Under the pieces are notes generated by a model. It had not been told where the DNA came from, searched no databases, and worked only from the letters and a program-made list of their open reading frames with translations. This document shows positions 8,701-18,400 of a DNA stretch of 64,000 nucleotides, piece after piece. Each line of letters begins with the position of its first letter. Position 1 is the stretch's first letter. The stretch lies in NCBI GenBank assembly GCA_963770895.1, contig CAVYRF010000002.1:3648001-3712000 (forward strand), written 5' to 3'. This DNA is from an uncultured Acidobacteriota bacterium (lineage in GTDB: Bacteria; Acidobacteriota; Thermoanaerobaculia; Multivoradales; UBA5704). The position numbers and the translations under genes are program-made.

Positions 8701-10539
8701 CTATTTGCGGCGCTGATTGCTCGACTTGAAGAAGTCGCCCAGAGCCCCGAAGCTGGACGGCGGCTGTGCGCTGGGGGTGCCGGCTTCGCGCTCACCACGG
8801 TCACCGCGGTCGCGATCCCGGTCCCGGTCGCGATCCCGGTCGCGATCCCGATCCCGGTCCCGGTCACGCTCGCGTCCCCCCTCGCGCTCGCGCGCCGGGG
8901 CCTCGGAGGCGCTGGTGCCGCCGCCGCCGCTGCCGCGCTCGTCGCTGAGCGCCAGGGAGAGCGAGATGCGGCGCTTGACCGGATCGACGCTGAGCACCCG
9001 GACGCTCACGTCCTGGCCGATCTGCACCGCTTCCTTGGCATGGTTGAGGCGCCGCCCGGCGCCCAGCTCGCTGATGTGCGCCAGCCCTTCCAGGCCGGGG
9101 GCGACTTCGATGAAGGCGCCGAAGGATTCGAGCCGCATGACCCTGCCCGGCACGATCGCGCCGTCGGTGAAACGCTGCGCCGCGTCGCGCCAGGGGTCGC
9201 GTTCCAGGGCGCGCCGCGACAGCGAGATGCGCTCGGGGCGCTTTTCGTCCTTGCCCTTTTCGATCTTGATGACCTGGACTTCGATCTCCTGGCCCACCGT
9301 CAGCGCCTCGCGCGGATCGGCGAGGCGGGAGTAGCCGATCTCGCTGACGTGCAGCAGCCCTTCCAGGCCGCCGAGGTCGATGAAGGCGCCATACGTCGTG
9401 AGGGAGGTGACGCGCCCCTTGAGCACGGCGCCGATCTGCAGGCGGGCGCGCAGCTCGGCGGCCTTGGTCTGCGCTTCCTCCTCGAGCAGGGCGCGGCGGG
9501 ACAGCACGATGTCGGGGCGGCGGTTGCGGCCGCCTTCTTCGATGCGCGACACCTTGAACTTGAGCTTCTGGCCGATGAACTGCTGCGGGTTTTCGACGTA
9601 GCGCAGATCGAGCTGGGACAGCGGGCAGAACGCGCGCATGCCGTAGACCTGCAGTTCTGCGCCCCCTTTGTTGATGCCGGTGACCAGGCCCTCCACCGGC
9701 ATGCCATACTGGAACGCTTGGCGCAGCTCGGTGGCGACCTCCTGCTGGCCGCCGCGTCCCGAGGCCTTTTTGCGCAGCACGATGACGCCGCTCTCAGGGT
9801 CGATGGCGGTGACCACCGCGTCGATCTGGTCGCCCACGTTGACCGTCAGGTTCCCTTCGGCGTCGCGCAGCTGCGCGGCTTCGATCATCCCTTCGGACTT
9901 GGTCCCCAGGTCCACGAACACCTGGTCGTCGGTGATCGAGAGCACCTTGCCGCTCACCTTGCGGCCGACGCTGGGCGTGCCGGCGCCCGCCGGTGCCGCC
10001 CCCGCTGCCGGCGCCGCGCCGCCGCCACCGGCGGCTGCCGCATCGCCGCCCGCGGCGCCCTGCTTCTTTTCGAACTCGGCGAGGATCTCGGCGAAGCCGC
10101 GCGCATCGGCTTCCGACACGCCCGCCACCCCCGCGTCCGCCGTGCTGCCGGCCGGTGATCCGGCCGCGGTGGGCGAGGTGGGCGCCGCGGGCTCGGCAGG
10201 CTTTGCCGATGCCGCCGCATCCGCAGACGCCGCCGGCGGCTCGGCTGCCGGCGCCGGCTCTGACTGAGCCGCCGCCGCGGACGGTGATGCCGCGGGCGCC
10301 GTGGCCGTGGGCGCCTGCTCAGGCGCGGATGCCGCGGCCGGTGCGCCGGCGGCGTCGCTCTGCCCGCCCTCTGCTTGCCACTGCGACTCTGCCGCCTGCG
10401 ATTCGCCTGCCGTGTCGGACTGCCCCGGCGCCGCGTTGGGGTCCTGGGGAGGCGGCGCTGCCTCGAGCTCGGTGGTCTGTGGGGATGCGTCGTTCTGGCG
10501 CTCGGGCTCGTGCGCGGGGGGAGTTTGGGGCTGTTCCAT
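8701..10539 (-). CDS. S1 RNA-binding domain protein (RpsA-like, four S1 repeats) with disordered N-terminus and RD-repeat tail
   Basis: S1 motifs VFVDLGTKSEG, RAFCPLSQL, YGAFIDLGGLEGLLHVSEI and FGAFIEVAPGLEGLAHISEL. C-terminal FGALGDFF. Start chosen at ATG 10539. Confidence 0.85.
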   Translation of the reverse strand: MEQPQTPPAHEPERQNDASPQTTELEAAPPPQDPNAAPGQSDTAGESQAAESQWQAEGGQSDAAGAPAAASAPEQAPTATAPAASPSAAAAQSEPAPAAEPPAASADAAASAKPAEPAAPTSPTAAGSPAGSTADAGVAGVSEADARGFAEILAEFEKKQGAAGGDAAAAGGGGAAPAAGAAPAGAGTPSVGRKVSGKVLSITDDQVFVDLGTKSEGMIEAAQLRDAEGNLTVNVGDQIDAVVTAIDPESGVIVLRKKASGRGGQQEVATELRQAFQYGMPVEGLVTGINKGGAELQVYGMRAFCPLSQLDLRYVENPQQFIGQKLKFKVSRIEEGGRNRRPDIVLSRRALLEEEAQTKAAELRARLQIGAVLKGRVTSLTTYGAFIDLGGLEGLLHVSEIGYSRLADPREALTVGQEIEVQVIKIEKGKDEKRPERISLSRRALERDPWRDAAQRFTDGAIVPGRVMRLESFGAFIEVAPGLEGLAHISELGAGRRLNHAKEAVQIGQDVSVRVLSVDPVKRRISLSLALSDERGSGGGGTSASEAPAREREGGRERDRDRDRDRDRDRDRDRDRDRGDRGEREAGTPSAQPPSSFGALGDFFKSSNQRRK

Positions 10540-10760
10540 GATCGATCTCGCTTTCGGTTCGGGGGGGCTGATTCGACGCCTCAGCTTAGTGGAAACGATC
10601 GGGGCTGGCGATTCGTTCCATGGCGGCCGCTCCGAGGTCAAGGACTCGGCCGCTCCGGGTCGAGCGAAACTATCACGCCGCACGCCGCGATGCGCCCCCG
10701 CCGGCAAAAAAACCGCCGGCGGCGGCGTCACAAAATCGCCGCCTGCACACCGTCATGAGA

Positions 10761-10840
10761 GCGCCGACGGGCGCCGACGGGCGCCGACGGGCGCAGGCCG
10801 GCGCGGGTCGGCGTGGGCAGGCGTGGGCAGGCGTGGCCGC
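10761..10840. repeat. 10-bp tandem minisatellite (GCGCCGACGG x3 grading into GCGTGGGCAG x2)
   Basis: Directly visible in the intergenic region between divergent genes. Confidence 0.8.
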
Positions 10841-10938
10841 GGCCCTCGCCAATCGCCAGGCGCGGCGATAGGATGCAAGGCTGCCCGTTGCACCGCCGTA
10901 CACCACCTGACACCAGCCCCGCGAGGACCTGACCGCGT

Positions 10939-13900
10939 ATGCCCGAACAGCGATCGCAGCCACGCCCGTCCCACGCCCAGGCAGCACCGGCGGCTGCCGC
11001 AGCGGCCTGCCGCACGGATCGTTGGATGCATTGTTTGCCCACAACCGATCTTGCCCAGCGTACCGCCCTTGCTTCGCGGAACCCGTCGAACCTGCTTGCT
11101 GCTGGCAACGGCGCGAGGTCCGGGCTCCGTCGCGATCCGGCGCCAGGCACCGGACAGCCGAAGTCCGCGAGGGGACCGGGAGTTGCCGTGTGCGCGGTGG
11201 CGTTGGCGACGCTCGGGTTGCTGGTCACCAGCACGGCCGGGCATGCCGCGGCTCCGCCAGCCACGGCGCCCGTTGCGTCTGCGTCCGGCGCCGTGCCGGT
11301 TGCATCGTCGCCTGCGGCCGCGCCCGCCCAGGGGACGCCTGCCGGTGCGAGCGCTGCCGCGTCGCCGGGGCCGCGCCCGGCTGGGACCTCTGGGATCGCC
11401 GGGACCGCTGGGATCGATCCGCGGGAAGAGCATTTTGCCGATCTGCGGATGCTCACCCACGGCGGGCAGAACGCCGAGGCGTACTGGTCGCCGGATTCGC
11501 GGCAGCTGATCTTTCAGTCGACGCGGCCGCCCTTTGCCTGTGACCAGATCTTTCGCATGCCGGCGGACGGCAGCGGCGCGCCTTCGCTGGTGTCGACCGG
11601 CAAGGGGCGCACCACGTGCTCGTACTTCATGCCGGACGGCCAGCGGGTGCTGTTCTCGTCGACGCATGCGGCCGGGGATGCCTGCCCGCCGCCGGCCGAC
11701 CGCTCGCAGGGATACGTGTGGGCGGTGTATCCGACCTACGACATCTGGACGGCGCGGCCTGACGGTTCCGATCTGCGGCGTTTGACCGACAACCATTTCT
11801 ACGATGCCGAGACGACGGTGTGTCCGCTGGACGGCTCGATGATCTTCACCTCGGACCGCGACGGCGACCTGGAGCTCTACCGGATGGATGCCGACGGCGG
11901 CAACGTGCGGCGGCTGACCTCGGCGCCGGGCTACGACGGCGGCGCCTACTTCTCGCCCGACTGCAAGATGATCGTCTGGCGCGCCTCGCGGCCGCAGGGC
12001 GCCGAGCTGGAAGACTACCGGCGCCTGCTGGCGCAAGGGCTGGTGCGGCCGGGCAAGCTGGAGATCTGGGTGGCCAACGCCGATGGCAGCGAAGCACGCC
12101 AGCTGACCTACCTGGATGCCGCCTCGTTCGCTCCCTCGTTCTTCCCCTCGGGCAAGCGGGTGATCTTCTCGTCGAACTACGGTGACCCCCAGGGGCGGGA
12201 ATTCGAGCTGTGGGCCGTCAACCTGGACGGCAGCGGCCTTGAGCGCATCACCTATTCGCCGGGTTTCGACGGCTTTCCGATGTTCTCCCCGGACGGCACC
12301 CGCCTGGCCTTCGCCTCCAACCGCGGCAACACCCAGCCGCACGAAACCAACGTCTTTGTCGCCACCTGGCGCGACCAGCCCGCGCCGCCCGCCGCAGCCG
12401 CCGCAGGTGTGGCGCCGCCCGCCGCGTCCGCCGCAGGTGTGGCGCCGGCCGGCGTCGCCGCCAGCGCCGCGGCGAGTGAAGGCATGGGCACGGCCCCCGC
12501 CGCATCGTCTGGAAGCGCCGCCGAGACCGCTCCGCCTCCCGCTTCGCCTGGAGGCGTGGCGACGACTGCTCCGCCCGCTGCATTGCCAGCAGGCGCTGCC
12601 ACAGTGGTTTCGCCTCCCGCGCTGGCAGGAAGCGCTACTGCGACCGCTTCGCCTGCCGCGGGGCAGGGTGTGATCAGCGTGGGGCTGCCGGCGGATGTGC
12701 TGACGGCCGACCGCTTTCGCGACGAGGTGCGCTGGCTGGCCGATCCCGCCCGCGCCGGCCGGGGCATTGGCAGCGCCGGCCTGGACGCGGCGGCACATTG
12801 GCTGGCGGACCGCTTCCGCGATCTCGGGGCCGCACCGGCGGGCGGCAGCGGCAGCTACTTCCAGCCTTTCGACGTGCCGGTGGCGATCGAGGTGGGCGGC
12901 GTGACGGCGGTCAGCCTGGACGGCGAGCGGCTGGCGCGCGCCAGCTTCCAGCCGGCGGGCTTCTCCGCTTCTGCCGCGGCGGGCTCGCCGGCGTCCGGTC
13001 GTCAGGATGCGGCGACGTCAAGGGACTCTGGCGTCGCGGTGGCTGGCGGTCAGACGGCAGCGATGCCAGGCGGTTCGGGCGCCGTGGCGTCGACCGGTCT
13101 GGATGCAGCGACGGCAGGCGGTCCGCGTGGTGTGGTGGCTGGCCGTCAGGATGGAGCGGCGTCAAGCGGCTCGGGCGGCGGGGCGGCTGCCGGCGAATTA
13201 GCTGTGGTGGCCGCCGGCTACGGCATCGTGGCTCCCGCCCTGGGAGTGGACGACTACCGCGGCGTTGCGGCGCGCGGCAAGGTCGTGGTGGTGCGCCGGT
13301 TCACGCCGGCCAGCGGGCCGCTTGCCGCGCCCGACGCCGCGCGGCGGTTCGGCGACCTGCGGTACAAGGCGCACGTCGCCCGCGAGCACGGCGCGCTTGG
13401 GCTGATCGTCGTGGACCTTCCGGACGACACGGCCGCGGCTGCGATCGCTCCCGCCGGCGCTGGCGGCGGTGCGCAGCCGGCCGTGGTTGCGAGGGGTGCC
13501 AACACCGCCACTCAGGGTGGCGCCGCTGCGGGTCGGGAGCCGGTCAAAGCCGCGGCCGGCGACAACCCAAGGGCTGCCGGCGCCGCCGCTTCTGATGCGT
13601 CGCCGGCCGCGGCCCGCATGCCGGAGGATGCGCCGTTGCCGGCGCCGGAGGTGGATGCGGCGGTGGGGGCGGGGGATGCCGGAATTCCGGTGGTGCTGGT
13701 GACGCGGGCTGCGGGCGCCGCGCTGTTCGATGGGCGGCCGCATCGGGCGGCGCTGGCGGTGGCGCTGACGCGGCGCACGCAGCCGGCGGTCAACGTGGTT
13801 GCGGTGCTGCGCGCCGCGGCGGCGGATCGGCTGCCGGGGGCGGTGGTGGTCGGCGCGCACTACGACCACCTGGGGCTGGGCGGCCATGGGTCGCTGGCGC

Positions 13901-14769
13901 CGGGCTCGCAGGCGGCCCACCTGGGGGCGGATGACAACGCTTCGGGGACGGCGGCGCTGCTGGAGGTGGCGCGCAGTCTGGCGGCCCAGCGCGGGCGGCT
14001 GCGGCGCGACGTCTACCTGGTGGCGTTTTCGGGTGAGGAAGAGGGCGTACTGGGCTCGACCGCCTTCACCCGCCAGCCGCCGGACGGCCTGCACATGGCG
14101 GACGTCGTTGCCATGCTCAACATGGACATGGTGGGCCGCCTGCGCGGCAACCAGCTGACGGTCCTGGGTGGCGACACCGCGGCGGAATGGCGGCAGCTGG
14201 TGCCGGCGGCCTGCGCCCGCGAGAGGGTCGGCTGCAGCCTGGGCGGCGACGGCTACGGCCCGTCGGACCACAGCCCGTTCTATGCCGCGGGTGTCCCGGT
14301 GCTGCACTTCTTCACCGGCACCCACGACGACTACCACAAGCCCAGCGATACCGCCGACAAGATCAACGCCATCGGCGGCGCCCACGTCGCGCTGCTGGTC
14401 GCCGACGTGGCCAGCCAGGTGGCGGCCGCGCCGGCGCGCCTCAGCTACCAAGCCGTGCCAGCGCCGGCCCCCGAAGGCGACGTGCGCTCCTACGGCGCCT
14501 CGCTCGGCACCGTGCCCGACTACGCCGGCGACGGCAGGCCCGGCGTCCTGCTCGGCGGCGTGCGGCCGCAGGGCCCGGCCGACAAGGCGGGCATGCGGCG
14601 CGGCGACCTGCTGGTCGAGCTGGCCGGCACGCCGGTGCGCGACATCTACGATTTCATGTACGTGTTGCAGCGGATGAAACCGGGCGAAACCGCCAAGGCG
14701 GTGATCGACCGCGCCGGGCAACGCATCCAGCTCGACGTCACCTTCGGCGCCAGCCAGCGTCAACGCTGA
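10939..14769 (+). CDS. TolB-like (PD40) beta-propeller + PA + M28 aminopeptidase + PDZ fusion protein
   Basis: PD40 repeats (AYWSPDSRQLIF, YFSPDCKMIVW, MFSPDGTRLAF). M28 motifs GAHYDHLG, GADDNASG, FSGEEEG, NMDMVGR, SDH and DYHKPSD. C-terminal PDZ (LGTVPDY...GPADKAGMRRGD). The true start may be later, near the hydrophobic segment at ~11180. Confidence 0.85.
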   Translation: MPEQRSQPRPSHAQAAPAAAAAACRTDRWMHCLPTTDLAQRTALASRNPSNLLAAGNGARSGLRRDPAPGTGQPKSARGPGVAVCAVALATLGLLVTSTAGHAAAPPATAPVASASGAVPVASSPAAAPAQGTPAGASAAASPGPRPAGTSGIAGTAGIDPREEHFADLRMLTHGGQNAEAYWSPDSRQLIFQSTRPPFACDQIFRMPADGSGAPSLVSTGKGRTTCSYFMPDGQRVLFSSTHAAGDACPPPADRSQGYVWAVYPTYDIWTARPDGSDLRRLTDNHFYDAETTVCPLDGSMIFTSDRDGDLELYRMDADGGNVRRLTSAPGYDGGAYFSPDCKMIVWRASRPQGAELEDYRRLLAQGLVRPGKLEIWVANADGSEARQLTYLDAASFAPSFFPSGKRVIFSSNYGDPQGREFELWAVNLDGSGLERITYSPGFDGFPMFSPDGTRLAFASNRGNTQPHETNVFVATWRDQPAPPAAAAAGVAPPAASAAGVAPAGVAASAAASEGMGTAPAASSGSAAETAPPPASPGGVATTAPPAALPAGAATVVSPPALAGSATATASPAAGQGVISVGLPADVLTADRFRDEVRWLADPARAGRGIGSAGLDAAAHWLADRFRDLGAAPAGGSGSYFQPFDVPVAIEVGGVTAVSLDGERLARASFQPAGFSASAAAGSPASGRQDAATSRDSGVAVAGGQTAAMPGGSGAVASTGLDAATAGGPRGVVAGRQDGAASSGSGGGAAAGELAVVAAGYGIVAPALGVDDYRGVAARGKVVVVRRFTPASGPLAAPDAARRFGDLRYKAHVAREHGALGLIVVDLPDDTAAAAIAPAGAGGGAQPAVVARGANTATQGGAAAGREPVKAAAGDNPRAAGAAASDASPAAARMPEDAPLPAPEVDAAVGAGDAGIPVVLVTRAAGAALFDGRPHRAALAVALTRRTQPAVNVVAVLRAAAADRLPGAVVVGAHYDHLGLGGHGSLAPGSQAAHLGADDNASGTAALLEVARSLAAQRGRLRRDVYLVAFSGEEEGVLGSTAFTRQPPDGLHMADVVAMLNMDMVGRLRGNQLTVLGGDTAAEWRQLVPAACARERVGCSLGGDGYGPSDHSPFYAAGVPVLHFFTGTHDDYHKPSDTADKINAIGGAHVALLVADVASQVAAAPARLSYQAVPAPAPEGDVRSYGASLGTVPDYAGDGRPGVLLGGVRPQGPADKAGMRRGDLLVELAGTPVRDIYDFMYVLQRMKPGETAKAVIDRAGQRIQLDVTFGASQRQR

Positions 14770-14871
14770 CCTGGCCGGCGATTGAGGCCCCGGGTGGCGT
14801 TCTGCCGGGAGATTCGGTGGATGAAGGTGTGTGGGGCCATTGTACGCGTCCACCGTGAGCGCCGGCGGGCG

Positions 14872-15169
14872 CTAGCGGCGCCTGGGCCAGCGCTGCGGCT
14901 TGCGCGACAGGTGCATCACTGCGAGGACCCTGATCCTCTCGGAGGCGAAAGAAAACTCCGAACGGAAACCGTTTCAGCAGCGCCCGGCGAATGTCACGGT
15001 GGACCTGTGGGTATTGACGTGGCCCGGAAGCCACGTCCTTCAAGGTCTGCTCGACGAGATCGAGAAACGCGCGGCCGAGTCCCTGCGATCGATTCTCGTA
15101 CCACTCCGCAGCCTCCAACGCTTCCATCTCGGCCTCCCAGGCGACCGAGAGAGGCAGGGTAGGCTTCAT
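14872..15169 (-). pseudogene. ParE/RelE-family type II toxin, frameshifted near 14930
   Basis: ATG overlaps the antitoxin stop (ATGA). EAAEWYE...GLGRAF...RRALLKRFPFGVFF is in one frame, and the expected C-terminus RVLAVMHLSRKPQRWPRRR* is in another frame ending at TAG 14872. Confidence 0.75.
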
Positions 15170-15390
15170 AGCTTGGCAAGGATTCTCTGCTTGACTTCTT
15201 CCCAAGGCGAGCCGGATTCTGGCGCCGCTTCGTCGGCGGCCAGGCGCTCGTCAAGGATCTCGCGCTGCCAGGCCGGAAGTTCGAGCTGCAATGGCTCCAG
15301 TTCAAGGCTCTCCCAGAGAGCTTCGGCCAGCTCCAGGCGATCCTCGACCGGTAGTTGAAGGGCCTCCGACCTGAGCTCCGTCTTGGTCAT
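15166..15390 (-). CDS. Addiction-module antitoxin (TIGR02574-like)
   Basis: 74 aa: ALQLPVEDRLELAEALWESL...WQREILDERL...SPWEEVKQRI. Lies directly upstream of the ParE-like toxin. Confidence 0.85.
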   Translation of the reverse strand: MTKTELRSEALQLPVEDRLELAEALWESLELEPLQLELPAWQREILDERLAADEAAPESGSPWEEVKQRILAKL

Positions 15391-15472
15391 GGGGCCTAGC
15401 ATAAGCCCGGCTATGCGGAGCGCCCCGGTCACCTACGCAGGACGCTCTGAGCTCCGGTGAGGCCGGTGATGT

Positions 15473-18400
15473 TCAGGCAGATGCATTTCCGATCAGGGCC
15501 GCCGCCTGGCGCGTGTATGGGTGCTCCACTCCCAGGTGGGCCAGGAACACGGCGTGCGCATGCTCCCAGAGCGATCTCGCCGCCCGCGTCTCTCCCTGCT
15601 TCAGGAAGAGAGCTGCCAGATTCATCTCGGTGATTGCCGTCGAATAATGCTCTCGAGTGCCGAACACCTGGACCTCGATCTCAAGCACCCGTTCGAGGTG
15701 GCGCCGCGCCCCCGCCAGATCGCCCTGGGCCTGAAGCACGCCGGCCAGCTCGTGCAGCGAGGCAGCCACGGAAGGGTGCAGCTCGGTGCCCAACACCTGG
15801 GCATCGATTTCGAGCGCGCGTTCGAGGTGGCGCCGCGCCCCCGCCAGATCGCCCTGGGCCTGGAGCACGCCGGCCAGCGCGTGCAGCGAGGCGGACACGG
15901 AGGGGTGCAGCTCGGTGCCCAGCACCTGGGCTTTGATTTCGAGCGCGCGTTCGAGGTGGCGCCGCGCCCCCGCCAGATCGCCCTGGGCCTGAAGCACGCC
16001 GGCCAGCTCGTGCAGCGAGGCAGCCACGGAAGGGTGCAGCTCGGTGCCCAACACCTGGGCTTTGATTTCGAGCGCGCGTTCGAGGTGGCGCCGCGCCCCC
16101 GCCAGATCGCCCTGGGCCTGGAGCACGCCGGCCAGCGCGTGCAGCGAGGCAGCCACGGAAGGGTGCAGCTCGGTGCCCAACACCTGGGCATCGATTTCGA
16201 GCGCGCGTTCGAGGTGGCGCCGCGCCCCCGCCAGATCGCCCTGGGCCTTGAGCACGCCGGCCAGCGCGTGCAGCGAGGCGGCCACGGAGGGGTGCAGCTC
16301 GGTGCCCAGCACCTGGGCATCGATTTCGAGCGCGCGTTCGAGGTGGCGGCGCGCCCCCGCCAGGTCGCCCTGGTCCTGGAGCACACCGGCGAGCGTGTGC
16401 AGCGAGGTGGACACGTCGCGATGCATCTCGCCCTTCTGGGCAGTCTCGACCTGTAGGGATCGCTGGAGATAGTCCGCCGCGCTGCGTAGCTGACCTTTGT
16501 GTAGTGCCAACTTCCCGAGCTCGGCGAGAACAGACGACCGATCTTCGGGCTCGACCAGCTCGAGTGCCCGGAGAAGCTGCTGCTCAGCATCCACGGTACT
16601 GGTTCCGGCAAGTCTGCCCAGCTGCGCCTGGAATGTACGTGCGACGCCCAGGTGCGCACCGCTCGGTGCCGCGGCCAATACCAGCTCCACCCATCCCAGG
16701 GCCTCCCGATAGCGACCTTTCTCGCGGAGATGGATGGCGACGAGCCTGGCGGTCGGCCACGCCGCGTCACCGTCCCCCGCAGCCGTGAGGTGCAGCACGG
16801 CTCGCTCCCCCCACAGCTGCGACCGTTCCTTTCCGTACCGCTGCTCGTACCAGCGCCCGAGCAGGCGATGCGCCTCCCGCGGCTCCCCGGTCCAGTGCTT
16901 GAGTGCCTCGTTGGATACCAGGCGGTGAGGCGCCCACCAGTCTGGTCCACCCAGGGGCGCCTGGAATGGGCTCAGCATCCCTGCTTCGACAAGCACGGCC
17001 GAGGTGCCCTCAGCCGGTTCCATGGCACGCACCGCTTCCCACGGGGCTGGGGCCGTGAGCACCGTACAGTGTCCGAGATGGTCCTGGGCATTTGGCGGCA
17101 GCGCTGCCCAGACGCTGCCGAGCAGCAGGTCTGCGCCAACCTTGTCGCGGGTTTGGGGCAGCACCGGCGCCAGGATCTCCTCGCGCCACCGGCCGGCCTG
17201 ATAGCGCCCGCCTGGCGGCACGAGCTGGCGCTCCCTCTGGTGTGCCAGCACCTCCAGGTATTCGACCGTGCGCGGATGGCCGTCAATCGTCTCTTCGGCC
17301 AGCCAGGCGCGGTCCTCTGCGGGCAGGCGGCCCAGGGTTGGCATCCAGGCCAACAGGCGCACCACCTCGAAGCGGCGCAGCGGCGCCAGGGGCAGCGCCA
17401 CCTCCGCGGCGGTTCCTTCGGGCAGGTAACGGGAGGATGCGAGCAGGCCGAGGGAACCTCGCGGCCGGGCCGCTGCCCGCAGCAGCTCCCAGAAACGCCG
17501 GAGCTCCGCGTCTCGGAAGCGGCCCAGGGCGCCGTGTTCGCTGTGTTCGCCGTGCTCGACCTCTGCGACCGGTTGCTGCAGGCTCTCGGCGTCGTCGAGG
17601 TAGACCAGGAGGCCCCCCTTGATACTCGCCAGGTCGACGACCGCTTGCGCCAGCGCTTCCCCGGTGATGCCGTGTTGTTGCAGCTCGGCCAGCCTGCGGC
17701 TCCAGGCGTCGCCGGCGTGCGCCGCCTGCACCTCCTGCCAGAGGGCGAGGATCGGGCTGGCCTGGGCGCCGGCGTGGCGCCCGTCGAAGGCCAGGACGGC
17801 GGCGCCACCGGGCGCCATGTCGCGCGCCAGGAGGGGCGCCAGCTCGGTGCACAGGGCGGTCTTGCCGAGGCCGCCAAGGCCCAGGACCACGAGCTGGCGG
17901 TCGCCCTCGCGCCGCCAGCGCCGCAGCGCTTCCGCTCGCTCCTTGCGCCGGCCGACGAAGCCGAAACGCAGGCGCTGGACGCCGCGGATGCCCTCCACCC
18001 GGTCGCTGCCGCCGCGGCGGTTCAGCTGCTCGAAGTGCCGGCGTCGATCGTCTTCGAGGTCGACGGGCGGCCCCCCGGCGGCGATCGCCAGGGCCGTCGC
18101 CGTGTCCGCGCCGCGGTGGTAGAGCGCGAGCTGCGCCCAGCCCAGGGGATAGACGTGGGTGGGCTTGCCGTGGTCGAAGTGGGGTGTGCTCGAAACGCGC
18201 CGCGCCCGCCGCAGCGCCTGGCGCGCCTTGCTGCCGCTGGCCAGGGCCGCATAGAAGGCCGCTGCCGCGCGCGTCGCCTGGTGGTCGCCCACCGGACCGA
18301 AGTACGCCACCACCTGCGGCAAGCCGGCACGGTGGAGCGATGCGGCCGTCGACGGGGCCGTCGGCTCGCTGCCGAGCGCCGCGTCGACCATCCGCTGGCC

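Noticed and set aside
8701-10539. Assigning the symbol rpsA
   Set aside because: Only four S1 repeats, atypical termini and no usual cmk/ihfB context, so it may be a paralogue.
15655-16420. Possible CRISPR array or DGR repeat
   Set aside because: Units are contiguous 129-bp in-frame coding repeats with no unique spacers. There is no cas or reverse transcriptase gene in the window.
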